This document shows positions 40,893 through 52,174 of a stretch of DNA of 64,000 nt, piece after piece (position 1 is the first letter of the stretch; every line of letters begins with the position of its first letter). Made by a program: the position numbers and the translations under genes. Under the pieces are notes generated by a model that saw only the letters and a program-made list of their open reading frames with translations, did not search any database and was not told the DNA's origin. The stretch covers positions 832,001 through 896,000 of the forward strand of contig CBDCYI010000005.1 in the NCBI GenBank assembly GCA_965224085.1, given 5' to 3'. The DNA is from Candidatus Marinacidobacterales bacterium. GTDB lineage: Bacteria; Acidobacteriota; Vicinamibacteria; Marinacidobacterales; SMYC01.

Positions 40893-40992
40893 AAGAAAGA
40901 GAGCCAAACTCCGCCGTTTATGCTCCGTCTTCTCGTCATCGTCGTCTCTCGGGTGATCCGAGCCGCTCGAAGGAGGTTAACCCGCCGCACTC

Positions 40993-41150
40993 TTGTGGCT
41001 CGTCTTCGTCTCCCGCGGCGGTTTTACTCAGGACCTCGTCCTTCAAGGCAGCTTGGTGACGATGGCCGATGACGGCGTGATCGAGGATGGTAGCGTGTGG
41101 ATCCGAGACGGTGTCATCGATGCGGTTTTCGAAACGGACAGAGCGGTCGA
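40993..41150 (+). pseudogene. Amidohydrolase-like N-terminal fragment
   Basis: LVTMADDGVIEDGSVWIRDGVIDAV with no catalytic domain following. Confidence 0.45.
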
Positions 41151-41338
41151 GGAGGCGGTCGGGGCGAAGGAGGGGGCGCGCCTCCGCACCGCTAGAATCG
41201 GCGTCGGATGCGCATGACCCTTTCGCGTGGGCAGTGTGGAATTCCACGTTCGTTCACTGGCGCCAAGTAGGTCAAAGACCTCGTAGCCAGCAGGAAACCG
41301 ATCTCGCCGCTTTCGGCTACGACGCGACCGATAGAGTT

Positions 41339-41491
41339 TCATCGTTGGCTTCGGGCTTCATTGGCGAATGATACGGCTTTATTCAGGATGAAGAGCGGGA
41401 AGTGAGACCACTCCGCGCCGCGGAGGAGGAGGTAACGGACAACGGCATGGGCCAGGGCCCCGCCGAAAAGTGCGGCGAACCATCGCGCCAT
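41339..41491 (-). pseudogene. N-terminal fragment of a membrane protein (possibly ferric-reductase-like)
   Basis: MARWFAALFGGALAHAVVRY..HFPLFILNKAVS, then stops. Confidence 0.35.
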
Positions 41492-41567
41492 GACCGGCTG
41501 CCACAGGCGGCTTTGCTTCGAGAACTCACTCGACGTCAAAGGGCGAATACTAGCCCCCGACCTGAGC

Positions 41568-42293
41568 TCAGTTGACGCCGCGCCAGGACACCTTGCTGCC
41601 GAACCAGTATCGAAGCACGACGGCGTGTTGCGGGCGCCAGTTTCCGCCACGGCCTTGCGTATGCTGGAATTGATACGCGAGTCGAAGCTGCCGCTCTCGC
41701 GCAAAATTCCAGAGGAAACCGACGCGCGTCCGGACGCGGAAGAAACCACGCGCATTGTCGAAGAAGAAATCCAGTTGGCCCCACGGCTCATTTCGAATTC
41801 CGTCTCCACGAAGCTCCAGCCTCGTCCGGTACACGTTGAAGTCCGGGATCGCGTCTCCGCGGAAATGGCGTTCGTAGAACAAACCACCACGAAATCGCAC
41901 ATCGTTGTTCCGGAACCGGAGAAGTGTCTTTCGAAGCAGGAGCTGAACCCGCTCGTCGATCACCACATCGTCGAACTCGGTTGCGTGTCCTATCAGGAAG
42001 AACCGGCCGCGGAAGTCCCAGTCCTCGGAAAAACGGACGGTCGCGTCGGTCGTCACGCGGGTCATGAACGAGGAGTTTAGCTCCTGCTCGTCGGTCCGTA
42101 GGGACGGCGTGACCACCCACGCAACCTTTTCCCACGTACGAATCGTGTAGATGAACTCGGCCCAGACAGCGAGCTCGTCCCAGAAACGCGCGTCCTGAGC
42201 CTGCCCCGAACGGGGAATGGAAAGAACCAGCAACAAGGCGCCCACGATTAACCCACGTTTCGTTGCCACCGTGTGATCCATCAGCCAACGCAT
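41568..42293 (-). CDS. Outer-membrane beta-barrel protein (DUF2490-like)
   Basis: Signal peptide; alternating aromatic strands; YRTRLEL, RVRTRVG. Confidence 0.7.
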   Translation of the reverse strand: MRWLMDHTVATKRGLIVGALLLVLSIPRSGQAQDARFWDELAVWAEFIYTIRTWEKVAWVVTPSLRTDEQELNSSFMTRVTTDATVRFSEDWDFRGRFFLIGHATEFDDVVIDERVQLLLRKTLLRFRNNDVRFRGGLFYERHFRGDAIPDFNVYRTRLELRGDGIRNEPWGQLDFFFDNARGFFRVRTRVGFLWNFARERQLRLAYQFQHTQGRGGNWRPQHAVVLRYWFGSKVSWRGVN

Positions 42294-42565
42294 CCATTGT
42301 CATTTTATAGTCCCTGACGCCTGGGAAGGCACGCATCAGTTCGGGGGCCTGGATGTCGACCGCCTTGCTGTGATCGATCGTTCCGTCGAGTTCCTGCGCC
42401 AGCTACGCTATCCACAACTTCTGGTTATATCTCACTTGCGGACCTCGAATTTTCGAACAGGCTGTGGTTGCTAAAGGGGATTCAATCGTGCAGAATGCCG
42501 CTCTTAATTCTGACGTCTAGGTAGACGGCTCACGAATGATAAGCGGTTAGCTGGGAGGAATTCAC

Positions 42566-44483
42566 TTGTCGCTCAAATATTGCTCGAAAGCGCGCTTTGA
42601 TCTATTGGCCGGTGTGTTGTTGTCTTTGACAACCTGTGCGGTTTTCGTATCAGCTCAGGAGCTGGTGGTGACCGAAGAGGATTTCGCGGAGGAAAGAGTC
42701 TACTCGCCCTACGCCGGAAGGGCGTATGCCGACCAGGTCTTTTTCGGCGACATGCATTTTCATACCGACCTTTCGTTCGATGCGGGGGCTGATCGGAACC
42801 ACGCTGGACGCGCATGACGGGTTTCGGATGGCGCGGGGCGAGAAAGTGTTTTCCAATACCGGCCAACAGGTGCAGCTTATCCGGCCATTGGACTTCCTGG
42901 CGATCACGGACCACGCTGAGATGATCGGCCTTGCGCCTGCGATCCGCGAATCGAGCCCGGTTCTGTTGGCAGAACCCTGGGGCAGATGGATGCATGAGAG
43001 GTTCAACGCCGGTCAGGAAGGCCGGATGGAAGCGGTGAGAGATGTCGTCACTAGAGGAACGTCGGGGGAAAACCCCTTCAGTTCTGACGAGCTGACACGT
43101 TCCATCTGGGGGCAGTTCATTGAAATCGCGGATCAGTACAACGAACCCGGTCGTTTCACCGCAATGATCGGCTTTGAATGAACATCTACACCTAACGGCA
43201 ACAATCTCCATCGTGTCGTTGTGTTCAGAGATGGCGCCGACAAGACCAGTCAGACCGTACCCTTCTCGTTGTTTGACAGTGATGACCCAGAGGACCTGTG
43301 GTCGTACTTGGCAACCTATGAGGAAAAGACAGGTGGGAGTGCCATGGCTATTCCTCACAATGGCAATCTCAGCAACGGCTTGATGTTCTCCGACAAGGTC
43401 CACTCGGGCGGAGCGATGGACCGGGCCTATGCTCAAGCACGGATTCGCTGGGAGCCCATCATGGAGATCTCGCAGATAAAAGGAGATGGCGAGACCCACC
43501 CGCTCTTGTCGACTGAGGACGAGTTCGCAAACTATGAAACCTGGGATGTCAGCAATATCGATGGGTCAGCGCCCAAGCAAGAGTGGATGCTGCAATATGA
43601 GTATGGCCGGTCGGCGCTCAAGCTCGGGCTCAAACTCGGCAACCAACTTGGTATAAACCCCTATCAATTTGGATTGACCGCAGCCACAGACGCTCACACT
43701 GCACTGGCGACGACCCGGGAGGAAAATTATTTCGGTAAGTATGCGCAGACCGAGCCATCCCCTGAGCGACACAACCGCGAGGTAATTCCCGCCGATGATC
43801 CCGCGCTGAGAGTGTTTACTTCGCAGGAAGTGGCTTCCGGCCTCACCGCTGTTTGGGCTCGAGAGAATACGCGTGAAGCGTTGTTCGATGCGATGAAGCG
43901 CAAAGAGGTGTATGGGACCACCGGGACTCGAATCAAGGTTCGCGTCTTCGGTGGGTGGGACTTCGAGGCCGATGAAGTGGTGCGGCCTGATTTTGTTTCC
44001 GAAGGCTACCGTCGTGGCGTGCCCATGGGTGGATCCCTGTTTGAAGCGCCCGATGGCGGAGCGCCGAGTTTCATGATCCGCGCGCTGAGTGATCCGGACG
44101 GCGCCAACCTCGATCGGATCCAGATCATCAAGGGCTGGCTCGCTGACGATGGAGAATTACACGAGCGCATCTACGACGCGGCCGTTTCCGATGGCCGGCA
44201 GATCGGTGTGGACGGCCGTGCCAGCCGGCCGGTCGGCAACACGGTGGATGTGGATAACGCGACGTATACGAATTCCATTGGTGATGCGTTTCTGACGGCG
44301 TACTGGCGGGACCCGGACTTTGATGCCGTCGAACACGCGTTCTACTACGTACGCGTATTGGAGATCCCGACGCCCCGCTGGACGACGTACGACGCCGCGT
44401 ATTTCGGGATAGCCCGCCCGGATAACGTGCCTGCCACCATCCAAGACCGAGTTTACACCTCGCCCATCTGGTATACGCCATAG
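42566..44483 (+). pseudogene. DUF3604 (PHP-like) domain protein with a frameshift and an in-frame stop
   Basis: FFGDMHFHT, LDFLAITDHAE, IPHNGNLSNG, TSPIWYTP; frameshift in a G run near 42785; TGA at 43179-43181. Confidence 0.85.
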
Positions 44484-44519
44484 GCACGTCACCGGTCGGC
44501 GATACAGGCGAATGCAAGC

Positions 44520-44968
44520 ATGGCCATCGCCGGGCGGTACGGGACGACGAGCCTCGTCGAGATAGAGTGTGACACCGCCTTGTGAGAGGCGCGCGTTCAA
44601 GAACGGGGCCAGCTCGTCCCACGACGCGACGCGGTCGAGCTCCCAGGCGCGCGCCGAGGCCGAGCCGGGCTCGAGACTAACTCCCGCCACGGGAAAGCCG
44701 AACGATCGAGGCGCTTTAGGCACAAACAGGATGGCTTCGCGCTTGGGGCCGGCGAGCGCGAGGATAGCGGACGGTTGCGATGCGAGCCCGGTGAAATAGA
44801 AGAAGGACGCATCTTGTTTGAAACCGTTGGCTCGGAGCCCGGCGGCGGTGGAGCGCGCATGGAGAACAACGATGCCATCAGCGTGACGTGCCCATAGCCG
44901 CTCTCGACGTTCGCGAACTCGCTCGTCGGGACGGTCTGCAGGACGGCAAGAAGCATCAGTGCTAGCAC
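44520..44968 (-). pseudogene. Aminopeptidase P N-terminal-like fragment
   Basis: Signal peptide, then in another frame FKQDASFFYFTGL..AILFVP; no catalytic domain. Confidence 0.55.
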
Positions 44969-45021
44969 GTCAAGGTTCTGTTGAAACTCCTTCGAGGCTC
45001 CTACGATAAACTACCCAGGAT

Positions 45022-46251
45022 ATGACAAGACATCAAAGAGGGGTCGTCGTCACCGGGGCGGGCGTATGCTGCCACTTTGGCGATGATCTCGAGCGGATTA
45101 CGGCGGATCTTCGCTGTGGCAACAACACTCCGTTCCCGGTCTACGAACCTGCCGTGCAATATGGCGGCCGGTGCCGAATCATCGGCCTTTACCCCGGCGA
45201 TCTCGATGCGGCGTCGCTCGGGCTCAGCAAGCAACAGGAGCGCTTCATGGGCCGCACCGCGCGCCTGGCGCTCAAAGCCGCGCGCCGCGCGCTCGCCGAG
45301 TCGGGCGTCGAGACGGAAAGGCTCGCGGTCGTCGCCGGAAGCGGCGCAGGGGATGTCGCAACCCACCGTGAGATTGCCGAAAAGCTCGAGAAATCGGGGA
45401 TGCGACGCGTATCCGCGACCGTCATCCCGAAGCTCATGGCCTCGACGGTATCGGCGAACCTCGTGAGCGCTCTTCGCACCAAGGGTCCGTCGTTTTCCGC
45501 GAGCGCGGCCTGTTCCGGAGGTGCTTACAACATCCTTCTCGCAGCCGGCCTCATCGAGACCGGCGTTGTAGACGCGGCGCTCGCGGGCGGTGTCGAGGTC
45601 GCGGACCCGCATTTCTATGCGGGCTTCGATTCGATGCGAGCCTATAACGGGCTAAGCAACGACGAGCCCGAGCGTGCCTCGCGTCCCTACGCGAAGGATC
45701 GTGCCGGGTTCATCTTCTCCGAAGGTGCCGGCATGATCGTGCTCGAGGCGCGGGAGGTTGCGGAAAAACGAGCGGCGCCGATCTTGGGCGTGCTGAAAGG
45801 CTACGGGATGAGCTCCGACGGCACGGGGGAGATGGTAGCGCCTTCCTCGGACGGCGCCGAGGCGGCCATGGCGCAGGCGCTTACCCATGCAGGGGTCGAA
45901 GCTACGGACATCGACTACGTCAACACCCACGGCACGTCCACGCCCCTCGGCGATCTATCTGAAGTACGCGCCATGCGCCGCGTCTTCGCCAAGCGCAAAC
46001 CTTATTACTCGTCCACCAAAGGCTATACCGGGCACCCTGTCAGCGCCGCAGGTGCCATCGAAGCTATTTTCACCATGGCGATGATCCGCGGTGGGTGGAT
46101 CGCGCCATCGGTGAACGCGACACCTCTCGACCCGGAGCTCGAGGACTATCAGCCCGTTCTCGAGCCCATGGAAGCCCACCTCCGCCTTGCTTTATCGAAC
46201 TCCTTTGGATTTGGCGGCACGAACGCATGCCTCGTATTGGGAGCGTCCTGA
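45022..46251 (+). CDS. Beta-ketoacyl-ACP synthase (FabB/FabF family)
   Basis: SAACSGG, NTHGTST, STKGYTGH, NSFGFGGTN. Confidence 0.93.
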   Translation: MTRHQRGVVVTGAGVCCHFGDDLERITADLRCGNNTPFPVYEPAVQYGGRCRIIGLYPGDLDAASLGLSKQQERFMGRTARLALKAARRALAESGVETERLAVVAGSGAGDVATHREIAEKLEKSGMRRVSATVIPKLMASTVSANLVSALRTKGPSFSASAACSGGAYNILLAAGLIETGVVDAALAGGVEVADPHFYAGFDSMRAYNGLSNDEPERASRPYAKDRAGFIFSEGAGMIVLEAREVAEKRAAPILGVLKGYGMSSDGTGEMVAPSSDGAEAAMAQALTHAGVEATDIDYVNTHGTSTPLGDLSEVRAMRRVFAKRKPYYSSTKGYTGHPVSAAGAIEAIFTMAMIRGGWIAPSVNATPLDPELEDYQPVLEPMEAHLRLALSNSFGFGGTNACLVLGAS

Positions 46252-46256
46252 CGAGA

Positions 46257-46673
46257 ATGACAAAAACGGACCGACGCATCGAGCTCGAATGGGTCTCGAG
46301 TCAGCGTTTCGAGGCCAAAAGCGACAACGGCCTCGAAACGACTCTCGACGGCAACAGAAAAGACGGCTTCTCGCCCATGGACAGTCTTTTATCATCGCTC
46401 TCGGCTTGCATGGGCATCGATGTCGTCATGATCCTCGAAAAAATGCGCACCGGGCTCACCGGATTGCGCATATCCATTGAAGGCGAACGTATGGACGAGC
46501 CACCACGCTACTTTCACCGTGTTCGAATACACTTCGAGATCCAGGGCGACGTGGCGCGTGACAAGGCGCAACGGGCCGTCGACCTATCGTTCAAAAAATA
46601 TTGCAGCGTGTTCCACAGCTTGCGAAAAGACCTCGACGTCGACACCACGATCGATATCCAGGAGGCCAGATGA
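46257..46673 (+). CDS. OsmC/YhfA family protein
   Basis: SPMDSLLSSLSACMGIDV, KYCSV. Confidence 0.9.
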   Translation: MTKTDRRIELEWVSSQRFEAKSDNGLETTLDGNRKDGFSPMDSLLSSLSACMGIDVVMILEKMRTGLTGLRISIEGERMDEPPRYFHRVRIHFEIQGDVARDKAQRAVDLSFKKYCSVFHSLRKDLDVDTTIDIQEAR

Positions 46674-46694
46674 GCCGCGCGTAGGAAAGGTCAC

Positions 46695-47261
46695 GTGATC
46701 GCGACCGCAGACCATCTCATCGTTTTCACGTTCGCCGTGCTACTCCCTTCTTATGCTCGGTACAACTACCCGAGGTTCAAACGTGCCCTCGAGTCGGGAG
46801 AGCCTGGCATCCGAAGCCGTCAATATCGGCGCACCCTTCTTCGGCAATGGGGCCTGGAGATTCTGGCGCTGACGATATGGTTGTCTTCCGGCCGGAGCCT
46901 CGGCGCGCTCGGCCTCGGCGTGCCCGCCGGCACGGCGTTCTTCATTGGGCTCGTTCTCGCGGCCGGGCTCGCTCAGTTTTGGCGCACACAGATCCGGGCG
47001 GCCCTCGGTCACGACAAGGCGCGTCGGCGGCTCGTCGAGCAGCTTCGCGCCATCGCACCGATTCTGCCCACGAGCGCTTTGGAGCTTCGTCTGTTCACGG
47101 CGCTTTCGCTCACGGCGGGCATCTGTGAGGAAATTCTTTTCCGAGGCTATTTGATCTGGTATCTCGAGATCACTATCGGGATCGCGGGGGCCATGATCCT
47201 ATCGAGCATCGTCTTCGGCATCGGCCACATTTATCAAGGCCGAAGACAAGCGTTCAAAGTG
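46695..47261 (+). pseudogene. CPBP (Abi/CAAX) intramembrane metalloprotease, 3'-truncated by IS110 sequence
   Basis: AGICEEILFRGY and FGIGHIYQG present; the final His motif is missing. Confidence 0.8.
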
Positions 47262-48331
47262 GGTCAGACTGCAAACATATCTACGGCCTCAGTGACGAGC
47301 TTCTTGTGTGCTCCGGGCCATGACGGAAAATCCGCGCGCGAGGAGCCAATCACTTTGAGCGACCTCTGAGGGCCAGTGTTGCTATCGGCTTGACCCCGCG
47401 CCGGTCCGACCGGTACGCCATCAGTTGGATGGGTATCGTCGCAGCCTCTGTTGGAAGAGAACATGGAAAACACGAAAGTGGAGCCTCTATGCGGCCGCAG
47501 GCACCGACTGGAATTCACTCTCGCGGGTGGAGACGGCCCAGACTATCCGGGCGAGTTTGTTGGCGACAGCAATCGCGGCTTTGTTGTGTCCCCGCGAGCG
47601 GTGGAGCTTCCGCGCCCAGGCGCGGAGCTTGTCGGGCGGGCTCTTGCTGACGTTGGCCGCTCGGAGCATGGCGCGTCCCCCCTGCGTGAGGAGCGTACGG
47701 AGGTAGGAGTCGCCACGCTTGGTGATGCGCCCGAGGCGGCGAATGTCACCACTGGAGTTCTCTTTGGGAACGAGGCCGAGGTAACTCGAGAAGCGGCGTC
47801 CCGATGGGAAGCGGCGCAGATCCCCAACGAAGCCGACGATGGCGGTCGCGGTCAGAAGTCCGATGCCGGGAATGGTGAGAAGTCGTTGCACCTCAGGAAG
47901 CTGCTTGGTGAGCGCCTTGAGCTCGTGCTCGATGCCAGCGCACTTGTCCTTGAGGTCTCGAATCTCGGAGCACGCATCACGCAGGTGCGGACGGAGCACG
48001 TCGGGCAAATCAGAATCAGCGTCTTCGACGAGCTCGGAGATGGCGGGCACGACGAAGTGAGCGCCCTTGGGGATGAAGAGTCCGAGCTCGCGCGGGATCC
48101 CGCGTACGGCATTGATGCGTGCGGTCCGTGTGGAGAGCCATCCTGTGGAGCGCGGCGAGGGTGTGCTGGCGCACGGACTTGATGGGCACCGAAAGAATCT
48201 CCTCGTTCCGGTGAGCCTCGAGCAAAGCTTTGGTGTCCGCGCGGTCGTTCTTGCTCCCGCGTCGATACGGCCTTACGAGGTGAGGTGGGAGCAGGACGAC
48301 GTCGTGTCCCAACCGTCGCAACGTCCTTGCC
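47262..48331 (-). mobile_element. IS110-family (IS1111-like) remnant with frameshifted, 5'-truncated transposase and a ~225-bp 3' noncoding region
   Basis: KNDRAD, TIPGIGLLTA, YLGLVPKENSSG, GRITKRGDSYLR, AVANKLAR; frameshift near 48145. Confidence 0.88.
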
Positions 48332-49012
48332 GCGATGGCATTCATTGCAGTTTGCGGCGAGCATCGGCGCGATGTCCCGATGGTAGGTGACTTCGGAGGG
48401 GCCGTTGTTGGGCCAGGCCTCGAAAACACAACCTACTGGCTCCGTCTCGAAAATTTTGGGGCGTCTCCCTTCCGACGCGGCCGCGATCGCGTCTCGAAGA
48501 TCATGGGACGACACTTGGCTACGTACACGACCGGGCGTGAGGTACAGGTCGTTGATGCGGCCGCGATAGAGCATGCGGTCCTGTCCATCGACGACGAATG
48601 CTTCCGGCACCGCCTTTGGAGCGAGGCGTCGCGCGAGGTCACCCGAGCTGTCCCACAGGATAGGGAAGCGCATTCCAAAGTCGTCCCGGAATGCGCGTGC
48701 CTCATGCGGGGTTACGAGAGGATCCGAGATCACTCCGTAGAACGCCACGCCCCGTCGTTTCGCGTCGATGGACAGCGCATCGAGATCGGGCGCGAGTCGG
48801 CGCGAGATGGGGCAACCCGTTTCGAGCACGACGAGCACGACGGCGCCATACTCCGCGTCGGCTCCGAGGCGGTGGTGCTTACCGTCGACATCGAGAAGGC
48901 GCACATCCAGTATGCCCGCCGTTTTTGGTGAGACCGCCGCCATGGGCGCGAAGCCGCCGAGCGCCAATAGCGAAACGAGGGTTGCCACGATTGAGAAAAA
49001 AGTACGGGTCAT
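48332..49012 (-). pseudogene. Redoxin (AhpC/TSA-like) plus CxxCH domain protein, truncated by IS110
   Basis: GCPIS, PEAFVVD..YRGRIND, VGC, TYHRDIAPMLAANCNECHR. Confidence 0.75.
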
Positions 49013-49590
49013 TTCGCCTCCTTCGGAGATAAGCCATCGAGCAATGTGCGGAAGGCAAGAGCGGGCGCATCTCGCCGGGCGACGGTGCCGTCATTGACCG
49101 CCGACCAAGCCGCGTAGATGAGAGCGTCGACGGCGATCGCCACCCACGGTGTAGGAACGTCGCTTGCGATGCTTCCTTCGGACTTCGCGGCCTCGATCAA
49201 GCCTTCGAGCTCGCGCCGCTGCCGCTCAATCTCAGGCCGCACGTCCGGGTCATTCTCGAGATGGGATTCCATCAAGAGAAAGCGGTAGCGCTCGCCAAGC
49301 GGGACGACAACGCCAAATATCAGCTCTAGTGCGTGGCGCGCCGACGTCGCTTGGTGCTCGATGGGCGCGGTGCGCTCGTCTATCTCGCGGATCGACTCGA
49401 GGGTGAGCGCTTTCAAGAGCTTTTCACGTGAAGAGAAATGGCGGTAGAGGGTCGCCCGCCCAACGCCCGCCTCCTCCGCGATCCGGCTGAAGGACGCGCC
49501 CGGGTTTGCAAGAAGCACCGAAACGCTGGCCTCGAGCACCGCTCGTCGTGCTCTGGACGTTTCGTCTCTAATGAGACAATAATATCTCAA
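49009..49590 (-). CDS. TetR/AcrR family regulator (start uncertain)
   Basis: IAEEAGVGRATLYRHFSSR. Confidence 0.88.
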   Translation of the reverse strand: MRYYCLIRDETSRARRAVLEASVSVLLANPGASFSRIAEEAGVGRATLYRHFSSREKLLKALTLESIREIDERTAPIEHQATSARHALELIFGVVVPLGERYRFLLMESHLENDPDVRPEIERQRRELEGLIEAAKSEGSIASDVPTPWVAIAVDALIYAAWSAVNDGTVARRDAPALAFRTLLDGLSPKEAK

Positions 49591-49597
49591 CTGAGAC
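49564..49597. promoter_or_regulatory. Candidate TetR operator
   Basis: TGAGA-N8-TCTCA palindrome with flanking GTCTC and TGAGAC half-sites. Confidence 0.5.
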
Positions 49598-50090
49598 GCT
49601 AAATCAACATTTTGGATTTGGATTTTTGGCGATGGCGGATCTCTCAGTCGCAGCGCATCGTCTCCACGGGGTGACTGATACTCTAATAACGGATAGGAGA
49701 TCGTTTTGTCGCCACGATGCGCCTAGCTTTCGTATCGCGGTTGTCGCTCTGATGGCGATTTTTTCGCCCTTCGTGCTGACCCCGCTGGGCGACAGCGTGG
49801 TCCCCTGGCTGCTCGAGACCCCTCAACGGGTGGCGTGGACGGCGTTCGGCTTCTTGCTCTTCGTCGAGCTCGGTGCCTTGGCCGTTGGCGTCGTCTTGCA
49901 CCGCAGCGCTAAACACGAGAGCGCGCCCGCCGACACTTAGGCACGCGTCGGACAGCTTTCGGCAGCGCGAATCCATCGTCCCTATGAGAGCGATATAAAT
50001 CGCGACACCGGTCACGAGGCACACGAGCGGCTCGGACGATTAGCCGCGAGCAACCCACTCCCGATCGAGCCCGTTGACCGCTAGACTAAA

Positions 50091-52016
50091 CGGAAGTTCC
50101 CGGCTTAGGCCAGACGTAATGTATTGAACGCGTGGAGTTTTTCATCAGGGAAGGTTTCCCGGCACTGGGAACAAACCGAGCAGTTGCATTGCGCGTTGTT
50201 GTGTTGAGTTGGCTTCGGTCACCATCTGGAATGGTGGAGCGGTCGGGTCGGCTTTGAGTTGGCAAAGGTTGAGACTGCGGGTAGCAAGCTCGGCAAGAAG
50301 CGTGGGGAAACTGTGAATAGGTAATCCGTCAGATGTGCGACGGACGCTCTTTTTGTTTTTGGCCGAAGTCGAGGGCAGAGCTGGCAAGACGGGGTCTCGG
50401 GTCTCGCGGTCGGCGTCAAGTTGCTCGTCGACGAAAAGTAGTGGAGCAAGGGCCTTTTTCATGTGCCATTGCACATAGTAGGCGAGCAAGCACAAGAAGA
50501 TGTGTGCCCGCACGCGTTGGGCATCGCGATGGCGGATGGGTCGTACTAAGGTCGATGCCCTTCAAACAACGAAAGGCTTGTTCAACCTGAGAGAGCCGCT
50601 TGTAGCTGCGCACGGTGTCCTCGGCCGAGAGATGCTCAAGCGGCTCGCTGGTGCGGATTACGTAGATGCCGTCGCGTTCCGATTCTCGGCGAATGCTTTC
50701 CTCGCGTCTGCTGTAGCTAAAAAGGCTATCTTCGATCTTCAGTGTGAAGTGCTTGCCCACTTTGTAATGGTTGAGCACCTTTCCGACCTTCTTGCCAATT
50801 TCAGCTTTGTCCAAAGGAGTTTTCGTTCGCCGGGCAACCTGTCGGCGGATCTTGTCGAACTTGGCCTCGGTCGCTTCAAGCAGGGCCTGGCGCTTCCTTC
50901 GCCTCTCTTCGGCCAGCAGAGGGTTGTAGCAAGCAATCAGTCGCTCACCGGGAAAATCAATAGAAGTGATCTCCGCCAGGTTTTTTTGGTCGAACAGCGA
51001 CAGCTGCAAACACTCCGTGTCCAGTAGTTTGCGAATCGCTGTCGAACGCAAGGCTGAGATCCAGCCAAGTCCTGGGTATTGCCTTAGAGCCTTAATCTGA
51101 GTCTGAGTGAGCAAGCCCCGGTCACCAACCAGCACCACCTGTTGAAGCTCAAAACGCTCACGAAGCTTTTGTACTTGATCCGGTAGTGTCGTCGGATCCC
51201 CTGTGCTCCCCGGGTAGACCTCCACGGCCACGGGACGTCCTTCGTGGTCCGTTAACACTCCATAGACAACGATGGGTTTGCCCTTTTTACCATCTCGGCC
51301 GTAGCCGAAAAGAGCCAGTGGACAGGTGCGTCCTTCATAGTAGCTACTGCTCACATCGTAAAGCACCTGTGCACCCTCGGAAAGGTGTCGACTCGCCAGC
51401 TTCTTTTCGATCCGAGACTGGCGCTGGATCAACCAATCCATTGCCGCATAGAGATCATCTTCGTCCGCATCGACCACGCCGAGCTCTTGCGCCAGCGTTG
51501 TCGTGTGCCACAGTCGTGTCGTGCCCAACTTCGAGCTGGGATGAATGAGTTGCTCGGCAATCATGGCGATAACCAGATCGCGTTCGCGACATCGTTTCGA
51601 CGCGATGAGTCTATCGAGTTCCAGTTGGTGGATGGTGCCGAGCACTGCCTCGACATGGCCGTGGGGCAGTGTCCGCTGCACGACGAACACATCCGACGGA
51701 GCCATCAAGGGCTCGTCTCTCAGTAAGCGTCGCAGGGCTTCGACCTTGGCCTTGGGCCACTCCGTCAGATTGGCGATGGTGCGCTTTCGGATGCGCTTTC
51801 CCTCTCGCCAACCCTCGCGCAACAAGATGGCTGGCCGGGAGTTCCGGTTGGGAACGATGTCGACATACATGGCAACAATAATACACATAAAAAGCTTAAT
51901 ATCAATATAAAACAGATCAATACATGGGAAAACTTGTGGGGCCACATTTTCTCGTTTCCCACTTAGAATCAATGAATTACACCCCGTTCTAGGTGTTTCT
52001 GTTAGGGGAACTTCTG
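50091..52016 (-). mobile_element. Second IS1634-family element
   Basis: IRs CGGAAGTTCC / GGAACTTCTG; 6-bp target duplication ACTAAA (50085-50090, 52017-52022). Confidence 0.88.
50145..51870 (-). pseudogene. IS1634-family transposase, frameshift near 50545
   Basis: LYDVSSSYYEG, VGDRG, YKRLSQVEQAF; RAHIFLCLLAYYV in the next frame. Confidence 0.88.
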
Positions 52017-52174
52017 ACTAAAGTGACGCGGCTCGCACTCTTTCCGCTGTGAACGGAATTTGTCGCAGCCGTCTCCCCGTCAGGTTAAACAAGGCGTTGC
52101 CGGCTCGCGTATCGGCTCAGGGACCAGTATCTTTGAGGTTGCGAGAGCCCGAAGTTTCTTAGGACGGGCGCTCC

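Noticed and set aside
43179-43181. Selenocysteine or genetic-code-4 readthrough
   Set aside because: The expected residue is Trp rather than Cys, and TGA is used as a normal stop by many genes in the window
47852-49012. Redoxin-transposase fusion protein (386 aa)
   Set aside because: Past 48331 the ORF reads IS110 sequence in a non-coding frame; it is a truncation junction
49626-50084. Short hydrophobic ORFs next to the second IS1634
   Set aside because: Probably membrane-protein fragments, but no family, start or boundaries can be supported
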